DNA of 64,000 nt, from positions 64,740 to 128,739 of the forward strand of contig JBAZRK010000002.1 in the NCBI GenBank assembly GCA_041663005.1, written 5' to 3'. This document shows, one piece after another, positions 56,243 through 64,000 of this stretch; the stretch's first letter is position 1; every line of letters begins with the position of its first letter. This DNA comes from Minisyncoccota bacterium (GTDB lineage Bacteria; Patescibacteriota; Minisyncoccia; Phycocordibacterales; UBA9973). The translations under genes were made by a program, and so were the position numbers. Below the pieces are notes generated by a model, which was not told where the DNA came from, searched no databases, and saw nothing but the letters and a program-made list of their open reading frames with translations.

Positions 56243-57154
56243 TTGGCAAAATACAAAAGAGTGCTTCTGATTCTAGTCGCAGTAATTTTTCTGATGGCGC
56301 TTTTCTGGATGAAAACCGGAATGCCGTGGAACAATAAAGCAATCTACCAGGGCTCAGATGGCCTTTCGTACGAGAACGCACTTGTGGAAGATTTAATCAA
56401 GCGAGATGGAGATGGAGACGGAGTCTTGGATTGGGAAGAAAGTCTGCTCGGGCTTGATCCGACAAAAAGTGAAACGACTCCCGGCACCCCTGACTTGACC
56501 ACTGCCAACAAACTGCGCGCCGAAAGTTATGCTGGTGCGTCCACGGAAGGGGGTGAACTCGGCGCAGAAGAGAATTTAACCGAAACTGACAAGTTCGCTC
56601 GAGAACTTTTCGCCACAGCCACTGCCCTCGAACAGAGCGGCTCCCTCGACCAGGCCACAGCAGATAAAATGGCAGCCTCCTTGGCAGAACATATCACAAA
56701 TTCTCCACAAGGGAAAGTTTACACACTCACAGATTTAAGGATAACGAATGACAACAGTCTGGTCGCGATAAAAAAATACAATGATTCGCTTAACCTAGCT
56801 TTCAAAGATTACACTGTGGGGTATTCCGCCGCTGAAGTTTTCGAAAAATTTCTAGGAGACGGCACTGATATGGATGTAAGTGTGCTAAACGAACTTGATC
56901 CCATCATAAAGGAATTTAACAGTAAAATAAGTAGTATGGTAAAAATGGAAGTACCTAAATTCATTTCTGTGTATCACCTTAATATGATAAATGAACTCTC
57001 TGGGGTGGCTGGAAACTTGGAAAACATAAAGATGTATGAGAAGGATAGTATCGTGGCGCTAAGCGGTATCACTCAGTATGCCGAGAACACGACGAAACTT
57101 GAAACAGCAGTCACAGAGTTAATGACGGTTTTGCTACAGAAATTGAACAATTAA
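56243..57154 (+). CDS. Membrane-anchored protein with DxDxDG Ca-binding-like motif
   Basis: N-terminal TM, DGDGDGVLDWEE..LG.DP. Confidence 0.8.
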   Translation: MAKYKRVLLILVAVIFLMALFWMKTGMPWNNKAIYQGSDGLSYENALVEDLIKRDGDGDGVLDWEESLLGLDPTKSETTPGTPDLTTANKLRAESYAGASTEGGELGAEENLTETDKFARELFATATALEQSGSLDQATADKMAASLAEHITNSPQGKVYTLTDLRITNDNSLVAIKKYNDSLNLAFKDYTVGYSAAEVFEKFLGDGTDMDVSVLNELDPIIKEFNSKISSMVKMEVPKFISVYHLNMINELSGVAGNLENIKMYEKDSIVALSGITQYAENTTKLETAVTELMTVLLQKLNN

Positions 57155-57185
57155 AGCGCGAGAGGTATAATATAAAGAAATTACA

Positions 57186-59381
57186 ATGGCTGGAAATAAA
57201 AAATTCATTAAACTTATCTCCGTTATTTTAATCATCGCGGTTTTTATGCCTTCGGTGGCAATACTTTCGACACCAAAGAGGGCAGAGGCGCAAGCGGCCG
57301 TTGCAGAAGTGGGCCCCTGGGCGTGGATAAGTAAAGCTTTGATGAGTATGGGAATTTCCCAAGAAACAATTACAGCGCTCATTAAAGGAAAGGAGTGGGC
57401 CTGGAAAATCACCGAGGAACTAGCAAAGGCTGCGGCAATGAAAGCCCTGCAGGAAATGACTAAAAGCACCATAACTTGGATTAACCAGGGTTACCACGGA
57501 ACTCCGCTTTTCTTAGAAAATCCACAGTCGTTCTTTCAAGATATTGTTAAATATGAGGTGAAAACAGCAGTAGATGCGTACGGATATAATGAACTTATGT
57601 ATCCTTTCGGTCGTGACTTCGCTTTAAATACCATCAACGCCTACAAAAGCCAAATTGCCGAGAACAATGCTTACACTTTAAGTTCGGTAATAAATGACCC
57701 TATCCTCTTAAAAAACTACCAAACCGACTTCAATGTTGGTGGCTGGACAGGATTCTTAATTAATACTCAATATCCACAAAATAACTATATCGGTTTCCAA
57801 ATGACGGCAACTGAAGACCTCGCCAGAAAGATACAAACTCCGGTTAATAATAAATTGGCCGAAGTGCAAAACACAGTAAGCCAGGGAATGGGCTTTCTGT
57901 CTCCACAGATGTGTCAAACAAATCCTAGCTATAATAATGATTTTTATAATCAGTTTAACGCGCCAAAGTACAACGAATCAAAATTTGATAAGACATACCT
58001 AGAAACTCACCCTTACCCTGAAACAGGAGGAGTTCCAACTCCCGAAGACGAAAATGCTGTGAAAACTTGGGAGCTAAATAGAGATCTGGCTATGGCAGAA
58101 GATAGGGGGGAGTGGGGAAAAACCAATGAATGTCCTCCGAACGGAGACGGCTCAAGTGGCCTGGTCAATACCACCCCGGGCGCAGTTGTGGCCAACCAAA
58201 TTTTCCAGTCTGTGCAAACCCCTACTACACTGAAACAAATGGCAGTTAATTCTGGTACTCAAATTTTGTCTGCTGTTTTCGATCAGTTAATAGGAAAGTT
58301 AGTTGATGCGGGTTTGAATGCTTTGGCAAGTAAGACAAACCCTCCTCCACCCCAAGGAGAGGAGTGGAGTTATAACGGCATAAAATTGGGAGGTTCAGCA
58401 ACCGTAAGTGGCTATAATAATGGGGATGATATTTGGTCTACCCCGGACGAAATTGTTACTGTCGCTGACTTTAAAACAAAAGTAGAGGCGGAAATAAAAA
58501 AGACTGAAACAGAGATAAAATATATGTCGAATAATGTGCCGGACAGCTTCGGCCCTGGAACAATGCAAGTCCTAGCACAACTCTGGCCGAAGGCTCAAAC
58601 CCTCGACATCTGCCAGCCTGGCCCGGACATTAATTGGGGAAATAGATTTGATTCGGAAATGACTATCAACCAAACAAAATTTTCTGGTGACAGCCCTGAA
58701 GCGGCTTCAAATTCAAAGGAGCTTGAATATGCCGCCAGCATATTCAAGGATTGGGTAAGCACACAGACTAAGTATGCCCTACCCTCTTCAGCTAGTTACT
58801 TAGGAGCAATCGATGATTTGCCTGACTTGGACCAACAAGCAACTCAAGTCCAGAACAAATTAGACGAGAAATCAGATGTACTGACTCAATTAAAACTGAT
58901 GAAGACAAAACTCGAAACTATGACCGGTGAACCCGCAGCTGGCTCTGAAGAAGAGCGCACACTTTTGTCTCTCTGGTCCCAACGTAAGGCAATCTTAGGA
59001 CAGATAAGTAACGACATAAGTCTGGGTGAAACTAGTAGCGAGCGAGACATTGTTTTATCTAAGAGCCAAAACCTTGACCAGCTCTTGATACGATGCAAGG
59101 AGGAGCGTGTAGCTAAAGGTTGGGACGCACAAGGGGGCCCAGGAAGCAAGCAGTCGGCGGGTGCTGTAACTGAGCAAGTTTACTTCTGCGAGGCGCCCAT
59201 TGTCGGAGGGTTCTCCCACAAGACATTTATAAATACTGGGACCATTGCTTATCCGCAAATTCCGTTAGTTAATGCCTCAAATGTAGCAAATGGTGGGTCT
59301 TCGGTTGACGTAACTATGAATTGTGGAAATATTTTCAGCGCTAGTATTTTGGATTATAAAGGAAATTTGCCAAGTTTCTAG
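57186..59381 (+). CDS. Large secreted protein of T4SS-like cluster
   Basis: Signal peptide (PKRAEA), WIN.G..G.P.F..NP motif, TPG motif. Confidence 0.8.
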   Translation: MAGNKKFIKLISVILIIAVFMPSVAILSTPKRAEAQAAVAEVGPWAWISKALMSMGISQETITALIKGKEWAWKITEELAKAAAMKALQEMTKSTITWINQGYHGTPLFLENPQSFFQDIVKYEVKTAVDAYGYNELMYPFGRDFALNTINAYKSQIAENNAYTLSSVINDPILLKNYQTDFNVGGWTGFLINTQYPQNNYIGFQMTATEDLARKIQTPVNNKLAEVQNTVSQGMGFLSPQMCQTNPSYNNDFYNQFNAPKYNESKFDKTYLETHPYPETGGVPTPEDENAVKTWELNRDLAMAEDRGEWGKTNECPPNGDGSSGLVNTTPGAVVANQIFQSVQTPTTLKQMAVNSGTQILSAVFDQLIGKLVDAGLNALASKTNPPPPQGEEWSYNGIKLGGSATVSGYNNGDDIWSTPDEIVTVADFKTKVEAEIKKTETEIKYMSNNVPDSFGPGTMQVLAQLWPKAQTLDICQPGPDINWGNRFDSEMTINQTKFSGDSPEAASNSKELEYAASIFKDWVSTQTKYALPSSASYLGAIDDLPDLDQQATQVQNKLDEKSDVLTQLKLMKTKLETMTGEPAAGSEEERTLLSLWSQRKAILGQISNDISLGETSSERDIVLSKSQNLDQLLIRCKEERVAKGWDAQGGPGSKQSAGAVTEQVYFCEAPIVGGFSHKTFINTGTIAYPQIPLVNASNVANGGSSVDVTMNCGNIFSASILDYKGNLPSF

Positions 59382-59390
59382 AGACCGAGA

Positions 59391-61817
59391 ATGAATATGC
59401 TAGTTAAAAAAATAATTCCGTATTTTCTGATAACTATCATTATCTCTGGGATAGGATTTTTCAGTGGTGCAGAAAAGGCAAGTGCGGCTGATGGGCTGTG
59501 TAGTGTTGACATAACGACGATCAGAGTAAGAATGGTCGGGGGGACAGAAGAGGTAACTGAGACAACCTCACAAATACAAAGAACACTTGCCGATACTGTA
59601 TGTAAGCTAGCAAATCCTGATTTAAGAAAAGTATTAGGCTTAGACGGCGATCAGAGCATCACCAATGTAGAGTGGCAGCCACTCTCAGTTGCCGACAAAA
59701 AAATGTGGTGCATTGTACGCGATACCACGAGAAGTGTCCAAGACGGACAGGTTGTAAAACAACTAAAAGACGTAGAAGAAAGAAACTGTAATTATGAACG
59801 CCTGAAAGGCTTATATCCTGATCTTAAGCCGGAGCCAACTTTCAGGTATACGCCTGCCTCCACTCTATCTCCAGATTTAATAAAGACGGGAGGCGGAGTA
59901 GCCGTAGCGGAAGATATATTTGAGAACATAGTTAAGGGAAAGGCATGTATAGATTTATCTGAAGGCTTTGATATGATGGGGTGTGCTCTGAAATTCACCT
60001 ACTTCGTACTTTATATGCCCATGGCCGGCGTTCTCTGGCTATCGGCAAAATTCTTCGACTATTTAATATTTGTTACGTTGTCAAGCACATTGTTTAGGGA
60101 AGGGTTTGTTAGGGAAGCATGGGCAATTGTTAGAGACCTTTCCAACCTTTTCTTTATCTTGATTCTCTTATATGTGGCTATTGAGATAATTTTAGGTCTG
60201 GCTCACGACGCAAAAAAGGCAATTGTCAGAGTTATCGTTGCGGCGTTGCTTATTAATTTCTCTATGTTTTTCACTGGCATTGCCATAGATTCTTCAAATA
60301 TTTTAGCCTTAGTTTTTTATAATAAACTGCAAACAACATACAAAGATAAGAACGGGGAGCCAGTGGAACGCTCCGGCGACACTCCTGTGGGTGCAGCTAG
60401 AGATGTTTCCGGGAGTCTTGCAGACTCATTTAATCTAACGAAAATGGTTACCCCCAAGATTATCAAGGCAACTTCTGTTCCTCTCCCTGGGGGACTCAAA
60501 TCGTCTGATCCTTCTAGCAGTTTGATGTTGGTAATTCTTCTGGTCGCCATCGCAGTAATGGGGCTTGCGTCGTACGCTTTCCTTGTTGCTGGCTTTTCTT
60601 TCGTGGGTCGTTTGGTAGAACTTTGGGTTCTGATTATTGCCTCTCCGTTCGCTTTTATGTCTTCAACCATACACGAGCTAGAGGGGATTAAGGATTGGGG
60701 ATGGCATAGCTGGCTACATCGCCTGCTCACAGCCTCATTTATGGCCCCGGCATTTATGTTTTTCTTGTATTTTATTTTCAAGTTGAGTGAAGCTGGGGTA
60801 AAAGATATGTTACAACCAACAAAAGATAGCGGCGAGTCGCTGATTTTACTTTTGCTGAGTTTCGTCTTGCCCGCACTTTTAATTATGATTCTTCTCTTGA
60901 AATCTGTGAGTCTTGCGAAGGCTAGTGCCGGTCAAATGGGTGAAACGGTTGCTAAGTGGGGAGAAAAATTAGGAGGGATGGCTGGCGGACTAGCGCTCGG
61001 AGCAGCGACAGGTGGCGCCGGGTTAGCATTAGGAGGTGCAGCAGCGCTGGGAAGAAACACTGCTGGAAGAACGGCAGCTGCCTTGGCAGAAAGTAATAAA
61101 TTTAAAACTTGGGCCGCAGACAGCAAGTTGGGTAAGCGCGCCATGAATCTCACGAGTGGTTTAGCCTCTAGCAGTTTTGATCTCCGGGGGGTTAAACTAG
61201 GAGGTAAGGGTTTATCATCGGTTTCGGGACTTAAGGGCATAGGCAAAGGGCAAGAAGGTGGGTTTGTAAAAGCTAGAGCGGAGGCGGTTAAGAAAGAGGA
61301 AGAATTCGCAAATAAAGTATTAGACACTGGAGATTATGCAAAAGCAGAAATGTCGCGAGGGGGTATGTCGCAAGCTAAGGCAGATAAATTAATTAAAACA
61401 ATGATTGATGGAGGGATGACTGACCTAGGAGATGTAAATAAATATCGAACCGCTCTTATGGGCAACGGTGTACGAAAGGAGAACCTAGGGGAGGTTTCTA
61501 GATACTTGAACACTTCTCGCCGAAACACCTACGCAGACAGACTCGAAAAACGTGCAAAAAATTGGCAGAGCAAAGCCGGCACATGGTTTGCTTCTAAAAA
61601 TATTGCTGCAAACAAAATACGCAAGGACTCACATCAGCAAAAAGAAGAAGAGGAGTTGGCTCATGTAATACATAAAGTGGTGGAAGAAGCGGAAAAAGGC
61701 CACGGCAAGGGACATGGAAAAAAGCATGATGCGGAGGAAGAGACTACGGAACCAGCACATCCAACACCACCTCAAGATGGAGGTGGCTCTGCGCCAACGC
61801 CTCATCCTCATGCATAA
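59391..61817 (+). CDS. VirB6/TrbL-like polytopic membrane protein
   Basis: W.IVRD..N.FFI, LLINFS, R...LW..I..SP.AF, Gly/Ala-rich tail. Confidence 0.75.
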   Translation: MNMLVKKIIPYFLITIIISGIGFFSGAEKASAADGLCSVDITTIRVRMVGGTEEVTETTSQIQRTLADTVCKLANPDLRKVLGLDGDQSITNVEWQPLSVADKKMWCIVRDTTRSVQDGQVVKQLKDVEERNCNYERLKGLYPDLKPEPTFRYTPASTLSPDLIKTGGGVAVAEDIFENIVKGKACIDLSEGFDMMGCALKFTYFVLYMPMAGVLWLSAKFFDYLIFVTLSSTLFREGFVREAWAIVRDLSNLFFILILLYVAIEIILGLAHDAKKAIVRVIVAALLINFSMFFTGIAIDSSNILALVFYNKLQTTYKDKNGEPVERSGDTPVGAARDVSGSLADSFNLTKMVTPKIIKATSVPLPGGLKSSDPSSSLMLVILLVAIAVMGLASYAFLVAGFSFVGRLVELWVLIIASPFAFMSSTIHELEGIKDWGWHSWLHRLLTASFMAPAFMFFLYFIFKLSEAGVKDMLQPTKDSGESLILLLLSFVLPALLIMILLLKSVSLAKASAGQMGETVAKWGEKLGGMAGGLALGAATGGAGLALGGAAALGRNTAGRTAAALAESNKFKTWAADSKLGKRAMNLTSGLASSSFDLRGVKLGGKGLSSVSGLKGIGKGQEGGFVKARAEAVKKEEEFANKVLDTGDYAKAEMSRGGMSQAKADKLIKTMIDGGMTDLGDVNKYRTALMGNGVRKENLGEVSRYLNTSRRNTYADRLEKRAKNWQSKAGTWFASKNIAANKIRKDSHQQKEEEELAHVIHKVVEEAEKGHGKGHGKKHDAEEETTEPAHPTPPQDGGGSAPTPHPHA

Positions 61818-61821
61818 AAAT

Positions 61822-62271
61822 ATGACTTCCGAAATAGAACAAATAATTAAAAATCAGTGGAATCAATTACCGGAAGGGGTAAGGTCTATTCTAGCAAACC
61901 CTGAGCTTAGCCTTAAAATTAGAACTCTTGGAAAAAATATCGGGCTGACAGACGAACAATTACCAACACTAGAAACTGAAACTTTTTTGGTTTTGTTGGG
62001 ACTATCTAATCCTAGAAATTTTAAACAGGAACTGCAGCGTCGCTTGGGTTTACCGGGAGAATCCGCTAATGTTGTGTCGGCAGAAATAGTAAGAAATATA
62101 TTAAGTGGATTGGAAATCGAGCTCGAACACATTTTCCGCAGCGTTAATGTAAGCGGGGAAAACGAAAATTCTATGATTGTTTCTGATCAACTACCTGAGA
62201 ATTCTTCTTGGTATGAAAATATTGTTTTTATTTTATCAGGTGGGGATTTTAATGCTTTTGATGAGGTATAA
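61822..62271 (+). CDS. Hypothetical helical protein (start ATG 61822)
   Basis: LPE.VR..LE.ET.LVLLG..P..F pattern shared with the next gene. Confidence 0.75.
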   Translation: MTSEIEQIIKNQWNQLPEGVRSILANPELSLKIRTLGKNIGLTDEQLPTLETETFLVLLGLSNPRNFKQELQRRLGLPGESANVVSAEIVRNILSGLEIELEHIFRSVNVSGENENSMIVSDQLPENSSWYENIVFILSGGDFNAFDEV

Positions 62272-62288
62272 AATGATATAATTAAAAT

Positions 62289-62981
62289 ATGCAAGAAGAA
62301 CGAGATCGGTTACAAGTTAAAATAGATGAAGCTAGAAAGAAATTGCCAGAAATTACTCGGCAGGCTATAGACGCAGTAGACGTTAAAGAAGTAATTTGGG
62401 AAATTCATAAGGAAAATAAGTACGACCTTACACAACTCGGGGACCTGGAACTAGAAACAACACTACTTCTATGTGGTCTTATTGAGCCTGATGATTATCC
62501 TAAGGACATACAAGAAAGGCTTGGAATAAGCGAAAACGAAGCAGGCGACTTAGTAAAATTAATGAATGAAAAAGTTTTCAAAAAAATTCGTAACAAACTC
62601 ATTGAAAACACCAAACAGAAACCCGATTCCCGAGAAAAAGCCCCTGCAGTACCCGCCTCAGAAATAAGCAATCAGGAGCTTAAGAAGGCGGGAATAGAGG
62701 TTATGCCAAGCGCTTCACCTGTGCCAAGCAATGAAGTAAAGCCAGAAACCCGCGAAGAAATTTTAAAAAGGTTGGAACAACCTGAAATTGCAGCCCCTGC
62801 TGGCGGGTCCCATCCAATTCTAGCTGAAAAGCTTTCCGGTCCTATGCAAATTCCATCTTCTGCGACAGTACACTCACTGGACAACCTTACTAAACCAGCG
62901 GCAACACCCGCCGCCACTTCGACGAAAGCTCCCGCTCCTCAAAAATACGACGTGGACCCTTATCGGGAACTCCCAGAATAG
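62289..62981 (+). CDS. Hypothetical helical protein, paralog of 61822, C-terminal DPYRE motif
   Basis: LPE..R..LELET.LLL.G..P..Y; YDVDPYRELPE end. Confidence 0.78.
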   Translation: MQEERDRLQVKIDEARKKLPEITRQAIDAVDVKEVIWEIHKENKYDLTQLGDLELETTLLLCGLIEPDDYPKDIQERLGISENEAGDLVKLMNEKVFKKIRNKLIENTKQKPDSREKAPAVPASEISNQELKKAGIEVMPSASPVPSNEVKPETREEILKRLEQPEIAAPAGGSHPILAEKLSGPMQIPSSATVHSLDNLTKPAATPAATSTKAPAPQKYDVDPYRELPE

Positions 62982-63050
62982 GTTCTGTTTGTTACTAAAA
63001 ATAAAATTTTCAGGTATAATTGAATTAGCTCGCTAGCTTTGAGCTACCCA

Positions 63051-63488
63051 ATGCAATTCAAGGTCCCTCAATTTTTAGACATAGAAGATAAAATTTTCGG
63101 CCCTTTCACTTTTCGGCAGTTCGTTTATCTTGCCGGAGGGGCGGGGTTGTGCTTTGTGTTATACAGACTCCTGGGATTACTCTGGAGCTCGCTGCCAATA
63201 TTGTTCGTCGGCGGGTTTGCTGGAGCTCTAACTTTCTACCGTCCGAACAATAAACCGTTTATCAATATGCTTGAAGCGGGAATAAAATATTTATTTCAAA
63301 GCAAGCTGTATATTTGGGAAAGACGGATGGGGCAAGCCGGCCAGGCCCGAGATTCAAAACAAGAAGCACTCACTGCGGCTCAGACATCTAGCGCCACTCA
63401 GGTTGGAGCTCGCCTAACAGGGGAAAAGCTTCGAGACCTTGCTTGGAGCTTGGATGTATTGGATTTAAGTAGGGAAAAGAAAAACTAA
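63051..63488 (+). CDS. PrgI-family (VirB3-like) protein (start ATG 63051)
   Basis: MQFKVPQF.D.EDKIFGPFTFRQF, two TM helices. Confidence 0.85.
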   Translation: MQFKVPQFLDIEDKIFGPFTFRQFVYLAGGAGLCFVLYRLLGLLWSSLPILFVGGFAGALTFYRPNNKPFINMLEAGIKYLFQSKLYIWERRMGQAGQARDSKQEALTAAQTSSATQVGARLTGEKLRDLAWSLDVLDLSREKKN

Positions 63489-63489
63489 T

Positions 63490-64000
63490 ATGGCACTTAG
63501 CGCAAAAGCAACCCAAGATTTCGTTCCGATAAGAGAAATACGCGATGGCGTTATCATTTTGAAGGACGGCGGGCTACGAGCGATAGTTCTTGCCAATTCC
63601 GTTAACCTGTCTCTCAAATCAGAGGATGAACAAAAGGCAACTATCGCGCAATTTCAAAACTTTCTGAATACCTTAGACTTCTCGGTACAGATATCCGTTC
63701 AATCTCGCCGACTCGACATCCGCCCATATCTGCTGCTTTTAGAAAACAGGATGAAAGTACAAAATGAACCTTTGCTTAAATTGCAGACTAAAGAATACAT
63801 AGAGTTCATTCGCAATTTCACCGAGTCGGTAAGTATAATGACGAAAAGCTTCTTCGTAGTCGTGCCATACACCCCCACAACCCTACAGTCAGATGCGAGC
63901 TTTTTAGATAAATTACTTTCCAGGAAGAACGCTGCTCAGCAACAAGCTGCCCAACAGATAGCGTTTGAGGAAAAGAAGTCCCAGCTTGAAGAAAGGGTGG
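63490..64000 (+). CDS. TraC/VirB4 N-terminal-like protein, truncated by window end (not in ORF track)
   Basis: Manual translation: MALSAKATQDFVPIREIRDGVIILKDG..N..LKSEDEQ..FLNTLDF.VQI..SRRLD..Y. Confidence 0.8.
   Translation, partial: MALSAKATQDFVPIREIRDGVIILKDGGLRAIVLANSVNLSLKSEDEQKATIAQFQNFLNTLDFSVQISVQSRRLDIRPYLLLLENRMKVQNEPLLKLQTKEYIEFIRNFTESVSIMTKSFFVVVPYTPTTLQSDASFLDKLLSRKNAAQQQAAQQIAFEEKKSQLEERV

Noticed and set aside
9584-63050. Longest-ORF N-terminal extensions (9584, 29678, 31773, 33675, 34055, 39542, 45284, 50682, 61714, 63039)
   Set aside because: They run through promoters, hairpins or neighbouring genes; downstream ATGs fit -10 spacing and family N-termini better.

Overview
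Chromosomal segment of a small-genome bacterium, most likely Patescibacteria/CPR (Parcubacteria-like). This assignment is inferred from gene content, CPR-typical hypothetical families, mostly leaderless genes and standard TGA stops. Housekeeping genes include nusA, H+-PPase, tig, pyrC-carA-carB-pyrB, clpP, rny, HU, lexA, comM, metK, pnp, rpsO, a Xer-like recombinase, xth, murI, a CCA-adding enzyme, yraN, pcrA and rsmA. There are 4 tRNAs, a cluster of 7 parS-like sites with 4 tandem DnaA-box-like motifs, and the start of a CPR-type T4SS-like cluster (VirB6-like, PrgI, TraC/VirB4-N-like). The most striking signal is a set of several families of tiny palindromic elements. They lie between genes, at tRNA ends, and in frame inside conserved proteins (Tig, CarB, MetK, Xth, MurI, CCA enzyme, PcrA, RsmA). 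Three of them have perfect 4-bp flanking duplications. One copy carries a stand-alone GIY-YIG nuclease gene between 14-bp terminal inverted repeats, and an empty copy with matching ends lies 23 kb away. A REP-flanked HUH (RAYT-like) transposase is also present. Other items: two Shine-Dalgarno-led, hairpin-capped foreign-looking genes; a structured leader with a probable non-AUG start on a LysM/M23 gene; and a GAAC-N4-GTTC SOS box. All calls come from reading motifs by eye; no database searches were run.
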